Below, in pieces: positions 1 to 9,639 of a stretch of 36,022 nucleotides of DNA. The notes beneath the pieces were generated by a model. It did not search any database and had not been told where the DNA came from. It saw nothing but the letters and a program-made list of their open reading frames with translations. Numbering within the stretch: position 1 is the first letter of the stretch; the number at the start of each line of letters is the position of its first letter. The DNA is from a virus. Taxonomy: Duplodnaviria > Caudoviricetes. Location of the stretch: the IMG/VR virus record IMGVR_UViG_3300033067_001054, positions 1 to 36,022 of that record; one strand, written 5' to 3'. Both the position numbers and the translations under genes were made by a program.

Positions 1-67
1 CCCACGCAGAGATTTTTTGCCCATTGGGTAGTTTGCACCCGCAAACTGACTGCAAACCAAGGCTGCA

Positions 68-607
68 ATGACCAAGCAAAACAAGGCGATAGACTGGGAA
101 GGCGTCGAGCGCGACTTCCGGGCGGGCGTGATGAGCATCCGCGAGATCGCCAAGTGGTATGGCATCAGCGACACGGCGATCCACAAGAAGGCGAAGGCCG
201 AAGGGTGGGAGCGGAAACAGCAGCCGCCGCACATCGACCGCAAGGCGCTGATCGGCGAGATCGTCTCGATCAAAGCTGACGCGACGCCGGAGCAATTGAC
301 CGATCGGGCGCGCGGCATGGCGGCGCGTCTGCTCGACGAACTGGACACGGTGTCGGCCAATGTCGGCCAGCTCGAGGAAATGATCGACGCCGAGGAGTCG
401 GACCCGCGGCGCCGCGGCGCGCTGATGAAGGCGATCTCGCTGGGCGAGCGGGCCAAGACGCTGAAGGACATTTCGCTGACGATGAAGACCTTGACCGAGA
501 CGGCCGAGCCGCAGGGCAAGAAGGAACAGCGCCAGCAGAACGCCGACAAGGCGGCAAGCGCCGGACGCTACAGTGTGCCGGCGGCGCCTGGCGCGCGGAT
601 GAACTGA
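68..607 (+). CDS. terS: Terminase small subunit
   Basis: N-terminal HTH ([36 protein letters not shown]); stop overlaps the terL start. Confidence 0.8.
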   Translation: MTKQNKAIDWEGVERDFRAGVMSIREIAKWYGISDTAIHKKAKAEGWERKQQPPHIDRKALIGEIVSIKADATPEQLTDRARGMAARLLDELDTVSANVGQLEEMIDAEESDPRRRGALMKAISLGERAKTLKDISLTMKTLTETAEPQGKKEQRQQNADKAASAGRYSVPAAPGARMN

Positions 608-2310
608 TGCAGTGGTCGACGTCCTGCGTCGATTGGGAACAGCGGATAATCGAGCGGCGGTCCCTGATCCCGTTCGATCCCTTGTTCCCCGACGAGGCAG
701 CGGCGGCGCTCGAGGTGTTCAAGTCGCTGCGCATCGTCGATGCACCCGGCTCGCCGACGTTCGGCGAAGCCTGCGAGCAATGGGTGTTCGATTTCGTCGC
801 GGCCATCTTCGGCGCATACGACGCCGCGGCCGGCAAGCAGATGATCCGCGAGTTCTTTCTGCTCATCAGCAAGAAGAACGCCAAGTCGACGATCGCGGCG
901 GGCATCATGCTCACGGCGCTGATCCGCAACTGGCGCCTCGAGGAAGAGCTGCTCATCCTGGCGCCGACGATCGAGGTCGCCAAGAACAGCTACGGCCCGT
1001 CGGCGGCAATGGTGCGCGCCGACCCGGATCTTGACGCGGCGCAGAACGGGTTTCTGCATGTGCAGGACCATCTGAAGAGCATCAAGCACCTCAAGACCAA
1101 GGCGGTGCTCAAGGTCGTGGCGGCGGATACCGACACGGTGTCGGGCAAGAAGTCCGGCAAGGTGCTGATCGACGAGCTGTGGGTGTTCGGCAAGCGCGCC
1201 AATGCGGACGCGATGCTGCGCGAAGCCACCGGCGGCCTGGTGTCACGGCCCGAGGGTTTCGTGATCGACCTGTCGACGCAGAGCGACGAAGCGCCGGCCG
1301 GAGTATTCAAGGCGAAACTGGACTACTGCCGCGACGTGCGGGACGGCAAGATCATCGACCCCAAGACGCTGGCGGTGATCTACGAGTTCACGCCTGCCCA
1401 GATCGAGGCGCAGGCTTACCTTGACCCGGCGTTGTTCTATGTGACCAACCCTAACCTCGGGCGGTCGGTCAGTGCTGAGTGGATTGAGGACGAGCTGCGC
1501 AAGGTCGCCAACGACGACGCGGCGCGCCTCACGTTCCTGTCGAAGCATCTCAACGTCGAGATCGGGCTGTCGCTGCGCAACAACGCATGGGCCGGCGCGC
1601 GATACTGGGAAGCGGCAGCTGACGACACGATTGCGGATTTCCAGGCATTCCTCGACCGCTGCGAAGTGGTGGTGGCCGGCGGCGACGGCGGCGGGCTCGA
1701 CGACTTGTTCGGCGGAGCCTTCTGCGGCCGGGAAAAGACGACGCGCGACTGGCTCCTGTGGGGGCATGCGTGGTGCCAGCCGGATGTTCTAGAGCGGCGC
1801 AAGGACATCGCGCCGCGGCTCATGGATTTCGTGAAGGCCGGCGAGCTGACGATCTGCGATCGGCCGACGCAGGACATCGAGGAGTTCGCCGACCTGGTCG
1901 AGATGGTGCGGGACGCCGGGCTTCTGCCGGATGAGAACGCCGTGGGGCTCGACCCGATGGGTGTGGCGGCGCTGGTCGACGAACTCGCTTTACGTGAAAT
2001 CGGCGACAAGCAGGTGGTCGGTGTCGGCCAGGGCTTCCGCCTCAACGGCGCCGTGCTCGGTGCCGAGCGCAAGCTGAAGGATGGAACGCTCTGGCACGCT
2101 GGGCAAGGCATCATGGCCTGGTGCGTTGGCAACGCCAAGGTCGAGATGCGCGGCAACGCCGCGATGATCACCAAGCAGACCGCCGGGCGCGCCAAGATCG
2201 ACCTTCTCATGGCCGCGCTCGACGCCTTCTTTCTGATGAGCCGAAACCCTGAGGCTTCACTTGGCCGCGCCCTTGGGCAGGCCATCGTTCAACGCGGCGG
2301 CTTCGCCTAG
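607..2310 (+). CDS. terL: Terminase large subunit
   Basis: Walker A-like ISKKNAKST, Walker B VLIDELW, nuclease motifs [10 protein letters not shown] and KIDLLMA; 567 aa. Confidence 0.95.
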   Translation: MQWSTSCVDWEQRIIERRSLIPFDPLFPDEAAAALEVFKSLRIVDAPGSPTFGEACEQWVFDFVAAIFGAYDAAAGKQMIREFFLLISKKNAKSTIAAGIMLTALIRNWRLEEELLILAPTIEVAKNSYGPSAAMVRADPDLDAAQNGFLHVQDHLKSIKHLKTKAVLKVVAADTDTVSGKKSGKVLIDELWVFGKRANADAMLREATGGLVSRPEGFVIDLSTQSDEAPAGVFKAKLDYCRDVRDGKIIDPKTLAVIYEFTPAQIEAQAYLDPALFYVTNPNLGRSVSAEWIEDELRKVANDDAARLTFLSKHLNVEIGLSLRNNAWAGARYWEAAADDTIADFQAFLDRCEVVVAGGDGGGLDDLFGGAFCGREKTTRDWLLWGHAWCQPDVLERRKDIAPRLMDFVKAGELTICDRPTQDIEEFADLVEMVRDAGLLPDENAVGLDPMGVAALVDELALREIGDKQVVGVGQGFRLNGAVLGAERKLKDGTLWHAGQGIMAWCVGNAKVEMRGNAAMITKQTAGRAKIDLLMAALDAFFLMSRNPEASLGRALGQAIVQRGGFA

Positions 2311-2318
2311 GAGCATTC

Positions 2319-3593
2319 ATGGCCTTTTGGGACCGACTGTTCCGCCGCGGCAAGAAAAGCGCGGGCGGGATCGACCGCTTTTTCGCGCAGCTGCTGGAAT
2401 CGTCGAAGTCGACGGCCGGCGTGACCGTGACGCCGGACAATGCGCTTGAGCTTGCGGCGGTCTGGGCGTGCGTGCGCGTGAAGCAGGAGGACATCGGCAA
2501 GCTGCCGTGTCACCTGTATCAGAAGCAGAAGGATGGCTCGCGGGAGAGGGCGACCAAGCACCCGCTCTACGAGCTTGTCTTGTCGCGGCCCAACCGGCTG
2601 CAGACGGCGTTCGACTTCAAGGCGTTCATGCAGGGACAGCTTGACCTGCGCGGCAATGCGCTGGCGATCAAGGAACTTGACGGACGCGGCCAGGTTGTGA
2701 ACCTGTGGCCGGTGCCGTGGTCGGCAGTGGTCGTCAAGACGACGCAGGACAACCGACAGGCGTTCTACGAGATCACTTTCCCGAGCGGCCGGCGCGAGAC
2801 GTTCCCGGCTGACGGGGTCGTGCATCTGCGCGGTCTGTCGATTGATGGCGTGGTGGGGTTGTCCCCGATCTCATACCATCGCGAGACCATCGGGCTGGGC
2901 AAGGCGGCCGAAACCTACGGCGCCGCGTTCTTTGGCAACAACGCCAAGCCGGGCGGCATGCTGACGGTCAAGCAGACCATCGGCCCCGAGGCTGCGGCAA
3001 AGCTGCGCGCCGACTGGGAAGATCGGTTCCAGGGCCCCGAGAATGCCCACAAGCTGGTCATCCTCGACGGCGAAATGGATTGGAAGCAGATCGGCATGGA
3101 CAACGCCGATGCGCAGTTCGTCGAGACGCGCAAGCTCACCAATCAGGACATCTATCGCATCTACCGCATGCCGCCGCACAAGGTCGGCGACCTCGAGCGC
3201 GCGACGTTCTCCAACATCGAACAGCAGTCGCTCGAATACGTGACCGACTGCCTTCTGTCGGACATGGTGCGCTGGGAACAGACGCTCAAGCGCGATCTGC
3301 TGACAGACACCGAGCGCGCTGCCGGCTACTTCTTCGAGTTCATGCCCGACGCTCTTCTGCGCGGCGACATGAAATCCCGCTACGAGGCGTATGCGATCGC
3401 GCGAAACTGGGGCGTGTTGAGCGTCAACGAAATTCGCGACCGCGAAAACCTCAACCGCATCACCAATGGGGACATCTACCTGCAGCCCCTCAACATGATC
3501 GAAGCCGGGAGCCCGACGCCCAGCGCAACCGGAGCCAAGGCGCTGCTCGCGCTTGCTCGCGAACTCGTCGCCCGAGAGGACGTCCAGCCATGA
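2319..3593 (+). CDS. HK97-family portal protein
   Basis: AVWACV, HPLYELV..RPN, GLSPI, FFGNNAKPGG, ATFSNIEQQ and NEIRDRENL motifs. Confidence 0.96.
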   Translation: MAFWDRLFRRGKKSAGGIDRFFAQLLESSKSTAGVTVTPDNALELAAVWACVRVKQEDIGKLPCHLYQKQKDGSRERATKHPLYELVLSRPNRLQTAFDFKAFMQGQLDLRGNALAIKELDGRGQVVNLWPVPWSAVVVKTTQDNRQAFYEITFPSGRRETFPADGVVHLRGLSIDGVVGLSPISYHRETIGLGKAAETYGAAFFGNNAKPGGMLTVKQTIGPEAAAKLRADWEDRFQGPENAHKLVILDGEMDWKQIGMDNADAQFVETRKLTNQDIYRIYRMPPHKVGDLERATFSNIEQQSLEYVTDCLLSDMVRWEQTLKRDLLTDTERAAGYFFEFMPDALLRGDMKSRYEAYAIARNWGVLSVNEIRDRENLNRITNGDIYLQPLNMIEAGSPTPSATGAKALLALARELVAREDVQP

Positions 3594-4399
3594 CCAAGAC
3601 CTTCCACACGATCGAAGCCTTCCGTGCCTCGCTGAAGGACGGCACGCCCGCTGCCGGCGAGTTGCTCGCGTCATTCGACACCGAGGTCAAGGCCGGCGAG
3701 GGCGACAGCCGGTCGCTGACGTTCACCATCTCCACAGGCGCCGTCGATCGCATGGGCGACACCGTCGACCCGTCCGGCTGGCAGCTCGAAAACTACCGCA
3801 AGAATCCCGTTGTGCTTTGGGCGCACGACTCGACATCGTTGCCCGTGGCCAAGGCGCCGAAGATCTGGACCGAGAAACTCTCGCTCAAGGCCGAAGCCGA
3901 GTTCACGCCGCGCGGCATGGCGCGGTTCAACGATACCGTGTTCGACATGTATAAGGGCGGGTTTCTCAGCGCGACTTCCGTCAGCTTTGCGCCGCTGAAA
4001 TATGCCTTCGTCGATGACCCGGCCCGCAAGTACGGCATCGACTTCATGGAACAGGACCTGCTCGAGTTCTCCGCGGTCCCCGTGCCGGCCAATCCCCAGG
4101 CGCTGATCGAAAGCCGCTCGGCCGGACTCGACGTCGACCTGATTCTTGACTGGGCCGAGGGCGCGCTGAGCAAGGCCGGCGCCAGCGAGCGCATCAAGAA
4201 GCTGGCGGACAGCGTGCTTGGCGCCGACGGGCAGGCGGAACGCGACCTCGACTGGGCGCGCCAGATCGCCGCCAAGGCCGGGATGGGCATCTATTCACAG
4301 GAGCGGATCGACGCCGTCGAGCGCGCCGCTACCGCGCAGCGCATCGCCAGGAAGCGCCGCGAGATCGAAGTTTTGCGCATGGGCGGCAAGGTCGCCTGA
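3590..4399 (+). CDS. HK97-family prohead protease
   Basis: DRMGD, NPVVLWAHD, SVSF and LLEFSAVPVPANPQAL; ATG at 3590 overlaps the portal stop (ORF-track start 3080 is too long). Confidence 0.93.
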   Translation: MTKTFHTIEAFRASLKDGTPAAGELLASFDTEVKAGEGDSRSLTFTISTGAVDRMGDTVDPSGWQLENYRKNPVVLWAHDSTSLPVAKAPKIWTEKLSLKAEAEFTPRGMARFNDTVFDMYKGGFLSATSVSFAPLKYAFVDDPARKYGIDFMEQDLLEFSAVPVPANPQALIESRSAGLDVDLILDWAEGALSKAGASERIKKLADSVLGADGQAERDLDWARQIAAKAGMGIYSQERIDAVERAATAQRIARKRREIEVLRMGGKVA

Positions 4400-4473
4400 G
4401 CGTTTCCCCGGCTCTGCCGGGAGGCCGGGGCCCCGCATAGGGCGGGCCCCATTGTTGCGAAAGCAACCCCACA

Positions 4474-5772
4474 ATGAAGACCCTTCAGGAACTTATGCAG
4501 CTGCGCGCTGCAAAGGTCGATGCGTTGTCGACGCTGATCGACAACGAGACCGAATACGAGGCCACCAAGGCCGCGATCGCCGATATGGACAAGCAGATCG
4601 AGCGCAAGAAGGAAGCCGACCGCCTGGCCGCTGAATCGGCTCAGACCGTGTCCACGACCGAACCGGCCAAGAAGACCACGGTCGCCGCCACCGCTCGCCC
4701 GGTCGGCACCACCAAGCACATCGTCGGCCAGGATGCGCCCGAGCGCGCCTACAAGATGGGCCAGTTCTTCCTTGCCAGCATGATGGGCAACGAGAAGGCC
4801 GCGGCCTGGTGCAAGGACAACGGCGTGTCGATCCAGAAGGCGCTTTCCGAAGGCGTGAACAGCGCCGGTGGCGTGTTCGTGCCGGAAGAGATGGGCAACG
4901 AGATCATCGTGCTGCGCAACAGCTACGGTCTCGCCCGCCAGCTAGTGAACGTCATGCCGATGGGCCGTGACCGTCTGGTCATCCCCAAGCTGGTCTCCGG
5001 CCTCACTATGTACTTCACGGGTGAAGGCGTGGCGGCAACGCAGTCGCAGCCGGTGTGGACCAATGTCGGCCTGACCGCCAAGAAGGCGTCGGTGCTGACC
5101 CTGTGGTCAAGCGAACTCGACGAGGACGCCGTGATCAATATCGGCGACACGCTGACCTCGGAAATCGCCTACGCCTACGCCAAGGGCGAAGACGACTGCC
5201 TGTTCCAGGGTGACGGCACGTCGACCTATGGCGGCATGACCGGCCTGCGCAAGATCTTCAACGATGGCGTCGGCACTCTCGCCGGCTCCGTTGACGCGGC
5301 GACCGGCCACGACACGATGGCCGAGATCGACGCGACCGACCTTGCCGCCGTGCAGGGCAAGCTGCCGCAGTACGTCTATGACCGCGGCCGGCCGGCGTGG
5401 TTCTGCTCGCAGACCATGTGGGGGAACGTCTTCGAGCGTCTCATCGGCGCCTCGGGCGGCGTGACCAAGGACCAGGCGTCGGGCCGCACGATCCGCGAGT
5501 ACAACGGCTATCCGGTGTACATCACGGCGTCGATGCTCGCCCCGGCGACCACCACCACGGACGCGTCGGACGTGGCCATGATCCTGTTCGGCGATCTCAA
5601 CATGTCGGTCACGATGGGCGACCGTCGCGGCATGACGATCTCCCGCTCGACCGAATACAAGTTCGCGGAAGACCAGATCGCGATCAAGGGCACCGAGCGC
5701 TTCGACATCAACTGCCACAATACCGGCGACACGTCGACCGCCGGTTCCATCGTGGCCCTGATGGGCGAGTAA
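4474..5772 (+). CDS. Major capsid protein (HK97 fold)
   Basis: N-terminal coiled-coil delta-like domain, GGVFVPEE, FTGEG, ILFGD and ERFD; follows the protease. Confidence 0.95.
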   Translation: MKTLQELMQLRAAKVDALSTLIDNETEYEATKAAIADMDKQIERKKEADRLAAESAQTVSTTEPAKKTTVAATARPVGTTKHIVGQDAPERAYKMGQFFLASMMGNEKAAAWCKDNGVSIQKALSEGVNSAGGVFVPEEMGNEIIVLRNSYGLARQLVNVMPMGRDRLVIPKLVSGLTMYFTGEGVAATQSQPVWTNVGLTAKKASVLTLWSSELDEDAVINIGDTLTSEIAYAYAKGEDDCLFQGDGTSTYGGMTGLRKIFNDGVGTLAGSVDAATGHDTMAEIDATDLAAVQGKLPQYVYDRGRPAWFCSQTMWGNVFERLIGASGGVTKDQASGRTIREYNGYPVYITASMLAPATTTTDASDVAMILFGDLNMSVTMGDRRGMTISRSTEYKFAEDQIAIKGTERFDINCHNTGDTSTAGSIVALMGE

Positions 5773-5788
5773 TCGCAGCACAGCTTCG

Positions 5789-5814
5789 GCGGCGCTGCGG
5801 CGCCGCTTCCCCTT
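5789..5814 (+). terminator. GC hairpin after the capsid gene, possible weak terminator or attenuator
   Basis: GCGGCGC-TGCG-GCGCCGC followed by a pyrimidine run (ttcccctt) rather than a clean U-tract. Confidence 0.4.
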
Positions 5815-5841
5815 CATCCCTGACCATCAAGGAGGACCATC

Positions 5842-6282
5842 ATGGTTCCCGGTCCCAAGGCTGTGATTGCGATCACGCCGATCTCGAAAACCAATGGCGC
5901 GACTGCCACTGGCGAATACATCGACACCAAGGGCTTTGACTATGCGCTGATCTCGGTCATCGCCAGTACGGCCGACGTGGTGTCCAATACCCTGTCCGTG
6001 CTCAAGATCGAGGAAGGCGACACCACGTCGTCCTTCGCGACCTTTTCGGGTGCGGTGCAGAACACCGACTTCACGGTCGCGACCAATGCCTACACCTCGA
6101 CCGCCAACGGCCAGAACGTCTGGACGTTCGGCGTCGATACCCGCGCCCGCAAGCGCTATCTGCGCGTCTCGGCGTCGCCGCAGACCACGATGGTGATCGG
6201 CGGCGTGGCGATGCTGCACCGTGCGGAATCGCTGCCGGTGACGGCCTCTCAGGCTGGTTCGCTCAACCTGATCCTCGTCTGA
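5842..6282 (+). CDS. Putative capsid decoration/cement protein
   Basis: Beta-rich 146 aa directly after the capsid gene, IDTKGFD...KRYLRVS pattern, strong RBS aaggagg. Confidence 0.6.
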   Translation: MVPGPKAVIAITPISKTNGATATGEYIDTKGFDYALISVIASTADVVSNTLSVLKIEEGDTTSSFATFSGAVQNTDFTVATNAYTSTANGQNVWTFGVDTRARKRYLRVSASPQTTMVIGGVAMLHRAESLPVTASQAGSLNLILV

Positions 6283-6324
6283 CGAATCCCGGCCGACCAC
6301 CGGGACAGGATGTCAGTGCTGACA

Positions 6325-6360
6325 GCGGGGGAGGGTGTCGGCCCTCCCCCGCACTTCCTT
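6325..6360 (+). terminator. 11-bp stem-loop, probable attenuator or terminator
   Basis: GCGGGGGAGGG-TGTCGG-CCCTCCCCCGC followed by acttcctt. Confidence 0.55.
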
Positions 6361-6378
6361 CCGACAAAGGACAATCCG

Positions 6379-7548
6379 ATGACCGACCTGATCTGCCTCG
6401 ACCTCGGGGCCGAGACCGTTTCGCCGCCCGGCTTTGTGCCGATGGGCCACGACCACGGCAGTGAAATCTATCCGCTGGCCTATCCCGACGACAGCGTCGA
6501 CGTGATCCGCGCCAGCCATGTGCTGGAGCATTTTCCTCACGGCGAAGTGCCGAACGTCGTCAAAGAATGGGCGCGGGCGTTGAAACCTGGCGGCGTGCTC
6601 AAGATCGCCGTCCCGAATTTCGAGTACATCGCCAAGGCCTATGTCGAGGGGCAGGAGCTGCCGCTCGAAGGCTACACGATGGGCGGCCAGACGGACGCCG
6701 ACGACTTCCATAAGTCGCTGTTCGACGCCAATACGCTGGTCGACCTGTTCCGCGGGGCCGGGCTGACGGACATCGGCCCCTGGGACAGCGACTGCGACGA
6801 CTGCTCGCGCCTGCCGGTGTCGCTCAACCTGCGGGCCGTGAAGCCGGTCGCGATTGAGGCCGGTTCGTTCAAGATCGCGGCGGTCATGTCCATGCCGCGG
6901 CTCGGGTTTACCGACAATTTCATGAGCGCCCAGCAAGCGCTCAACAGGATGGGGATCGAGGTCAACACGTTCACTGGGGCCTTCTGGGGGCAGTGCCTGG
7001 AACGCGGCCTCGAGGACATGATCGCCAAGGGCTACGACTACATCCTGACGATCGACTACGACACCGTGTTCACGGCGCAGAACGTCTCGACGCTGATCCG
7101 GTTGATGATCCTCCACCCCGAGGCGGATGCGATCGCCCCGCTGCAGTCGGCGCGCGGCTGGTCGTCGCCGCTGATGACGATCAAGTTGCCCGATGGCATG
7201 GACCCGAACGCGGTCCCGCGGAACTTCTTCGACGGCGACCTGACACAATTGAAGACCGGGCACTTCGGACTGACGCTGTTGCGCGTCTCGGCGCTCAAGG
7301 ATCTGCCCAAGCCGTGGTTCTGGTCGAAGCCGGCGCCCGACGGCAGCTGGGCGGATGGTCGGGTCGACGATGACATTTACTTTTGGCGCCAGTGGGAAGC
7401 CGCCGGCAAAACGCTGTTCAACGCCAACCGCGTGGTCGTCGGGCATCTCGAGCTGATGATCAAGTGGCCGGGCCGCGACCTCAACACGCATCACCAGCGC
7501 GCCGCCGAGTTCTGGCGCGAAGGACCGACGAAAGGAATCTGGCGATGA
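6379..7548 (+). CDS. Class I SAM methyltransferase fused to a GT-A/GT2-like glycosyltransferase
   Basis: N-terminal LDLGA, DSVDVIRASHVLEH and LKPGGVLKIAVP; C-terminal TIDYD (DxD), HFGLTLL, PKPWF, DDDIYFW and VGH; ATG 6379 has RBS aaagga. Confidence 0.8.
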   Translation: MTDLICLDLGAETVSPPGFVPMGHDHGSEIYPLAYPDDSVDVIRASHVLEHFPHGEVPNVVKEWARALKPGGVLKIAVPNFEYIAKAYVEGQELPLEGYTMGGQTDADDFHKSLFDANTLVDLFRGAGLTDIGPWDSDCDDCSRLPVSLNLRAVKPVAIEAGSFKIAAVMSMPRLGFTDNFMSAQQALNRMGIEVNTFTGAFWGQCLERGLEDMIAKGYDYILTIDYDTVFTAQNVSTLIRLMILHPEADAIAPLQSARGWSSPLMTIKLPDGMDPNAVPRNFFDGDLTQLKTGHFGLTLLRVSALKDLPKPWFWSKPAPDGSWADGRVDDDIYFWRQWEAAGKTLFNANRVVVGHLELMIKWPGRDLNTHHQRAAEFWREGPTKGIWR

Positions 7549-7733
7549 GAGTGGAAGTCCTGCAGGCCCGCGCGCCGCTCGGCCACAAGCGGGTTGGCGA
7601 CATCATCGAAAACATGCCGCCTGGGCTGGCAAGCGATCTCATCCGCCGCGGCATCGTGCGCGACACTGGCAAGTCCATCGAGGCGCCGGTCAATCGCATG
7701 CTGACGACACAGGTTCGCAAAGGACGGCGCTAA
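7545..7733 (+). CDS. Small head-associated hypothetical protein
   Basis: 62 aa MRVEVLQ...GDIIENMPPGLASDLIRRG, coupled by ATGA to the upstream gene. Confidence 0.7.
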   Translation: MRVEVLQARAPLGHKRVGDIIENMPPGLASDLIRRGIVRDTGKSIEAPVNRMLTTQVRKGRR

Positions 7734-8324
7734 GTGCTCACCCCCATCCGCACCGTTGCACCGACGGAATTGCCGGTATCGCGCGCAGAGGCCAAGGCGC
7801 AGCTGCAGATCGACTCCGGCAATACCGACTGGGACACGTTGATTGACGGCTATCTCAATGCCGCGACCGCGTATCTCGACGGCTGGACCGGCATTCTCGG
7901 TCGGTGCCTCGTGACGCAGACGTGGGAAGCGCGCTTCGAGTGCTTCGATGAAGACTTCGATCTGCCGTTCCCCGACGTATCGTCGGTCGTGGTCAAGTAT
8001 TACGACACGGCCAACACGCTGCAGACTTACAGCTCAAGCTATTACCAGCTGATCCAGGAGGACGGCGGGTCGGAGGTGAACATCTATCCGACCTCGCCGC
8101 TGCCAGGCATCACGCTCCAGCGCGAGGACGCGGTGGTGATCACGATGGTGGCCGGATATGGCGCCGCTTCTGCGGTGCCTTCGGCCATCAAGCAGGCGAT
8201 CCTGATGATGGTGGCGCACTGGTTCACCAACCGCGAGACGGTCGCGGTCGGCGAAACGGCCGTCGACATGCCGTTCGCGGCCAAGGCGCTGCTCGCTCCC
8301 TATCGTCGCCTTGGGGTCATGTGA
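7734..8324 (+). CDS. Head-tail connector (adaptor, gp6-like)
   Basis: PVSRAEAKAQL, GRCLVTQTW, AGYG...VPSAIKQAILMMVAHWFTNRE and LLAPYR. Confidence 0.92.
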   Translation: MLTPIRTVAPTELPVSRAEAKAQLQIDSGNTDWDTLIDGYLNAATAYLDGWTGILGRCLVTQTWEARFECFDEDFDLPFPDVSSVVVKYYDTANTLQTYSSSYYQLIQEDGGSEVNIYPTSPLPGITLQREDAVVITMVAGYGAASAVPSAIKQAILMMVAHWFTNRETVAVGETAVDMPFAAKALLAPYRRLGVM

Positions 8325-8653
8325 TGGACTTCAAAGCTGGCAAGCTCGACCAGCGCGTGACGCTGCAGCGCGGCACGACGTCGACGAACGGCTACGGCGA
8401 GGAAATCCCGTCGTGGGCCGACCTCGACACCGTCTGGGCGAGCTGGCGGCGCGCATCGGCGCGGGAAACGCTGGCGGCGGCGGAACTGAGCGCCGTGGTT
8501 TCGGATGTGTTCGAGGTGCGGCGGTCGTCATCGATCAGCGACCTTGGGCCGAAGGATCGCATCGTGTGGGACGGGCGGACCTACGACATCGTCGATGTCA
8601 CGCCGCTGGCCCGGTATGGGCTACGCATCGGCGCCGTGGCGCGGGGCGAGTAA
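8324..8653 (+). CDS. Head closure/stopper protein (SPP1 gp16-like)
   Basis: AGKLDQRVTLQ, TVWA and DRIVWDGRTYDI. Confidence 0.9.
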   Translation: MDFKAGKLDQRVTLQRGTTSTNGYGEEIPSWADLDTVWASWRRASARETLAAAELSAVVSDVFEVRRSSSISDLGPKDRIVWDGRTYDIVDVTPLARYGLRIGAVARGE

Positions 8654-9208
8654 ATGGTCGCGGCGGTGACTGTGAAGGTCGAGGGCCTTGCGGAACTCGA
8701 CGCGGCCTTCGGCGAAATGAGGAAGGCGACGGCGCGCAACGTGATGCGCCGAGCGCTGATCGCGGCGGCGCAGCCGATGGTCGACATGGCCTCGCGGTTG
8801 GCGCCGGACGATCCCAAGACGGGGCCGCCGGACCTGCATTCGACGATCATCGCGTCAAGCCGGGTGCGGAACACCATCGGCAATGCCGAGTTCTCGGCGG
8901 TGCTCAGCGGCGGCGGATCGCGGGCAGAGGCACGGGCCGCGTTGATCGATGCGCGCCGGGCAGCGGGCGAGGGCAGCTTCGCCGAGGCCTATGTCGGGCC
9001 GAAGGCGGGCAGCAAGCGTAACGCCATCAAGGCGGTCGTGCAGGAATTCGGGTCGGTGAAGCAGGCGGCCCAGCCCTATATGCGGCCCGCGTGGGAAGCG
9101 ACGAAGGGCGCCGTCCTCGACGGGATCAAGGGCTCGCTCCGAACCGAGATCGACAAGGCGGCAAAGCGGGCAGCGGCACGAGCGCTGCGACTAGCGGCGA
9201 AGGGCTGA
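8654..9208 (+). CDS. HK97 gp10-like neck protein
   Basis: VKVEGLAEL, QEFGS and AQPYMRPAWE. Confidence 0.88.
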   Translation: MVAAVTVKVEGLAELDAAFGEMRKATARNVMRRALIAAAQPMVDMASRLAPDDPKTGPPDLHSTIIASSRVRNTIGNAEFSAVLSGGGSRAEARAALIDARRAAGEGSFAEAYVGPKAGSKRNAIKAVVQEFGSVKQAAQPYMRPAWEATKGAVLDGIKGSLRTEIDKAAKRAAARALRLAAKG

Positions 9209-9210
9209 CG

Positions 9211-9612
9211 ATGGAAACCGATCTGCGCACGCTGATCCTGTCGGCCTCGGCAGTGACAGCCCTCGTCGGCCAGCATGTGACATGGGGCGCGCGACCGCAG
9301 GCGGTGACGCAGCCGGACATCGTGCTCGTCAACGTGTCGCAGACGACCGATTATCACCTGCAGGGCGAGAGCGGGCTCGATAGCTCGCTGATCCAGATGG
9401 ACATCCGCTCATCGGACTCGATGGCAAACGCGATGGCGATCCGCGACGCGGTGCGCGCGGTGCTCTCGGGCTACAAGGGCGTCGTCGGCACAACGACATT
9501 CTACGGGATTTTCCTCCGCCAGGTTCGGCAACGGGTCGAGCAGGCCGAAGGCGGGGGCATGGCGTACCTGATCCAGATGGATTGGGACATTCAGAGCCGC
9601 GACGCGGACTAG
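9211..9612 (+). CDS. Tail terminator/completion protein (DUF3168-like)
   Basis: METDLRTLIL...RPQ, IQMDI and AVRAVLSGYKG; position before the tail tube gene. Confidence 0.82.
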   Translation: METDLRTLILSASAVTALVGQHVTWGARPQAVTQPDIVLVNVSQTTDYHLQGESGLDSSLIQMDIRSSDSMANAMAIRDAVRAVLSGYKGVVGTTTFYGIFLRQVRQRVEQAEGGGMAYLIQMDWDIQSRDAD

Positions 9613-9639
9613 TCCAGCAACTCAACACAGGAGGCCGCG

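Noticed and set aside
3080-3589. Extended N-termini in the ORF track (3080, 6310, 9091, 26277, 33031, 34217)
   Set aside because: They overlap upstream genes or hairpins; downstream starts have an RBS or start-stop coupling and match family or paralog N-termini
6379-6840. Counting the head-module MTase domain as a DNA methyltransferase
   Set aside because: No DPPY/NPPY or PC catalytic motif; the pattern is that of small-molecule or sugar class I MTases
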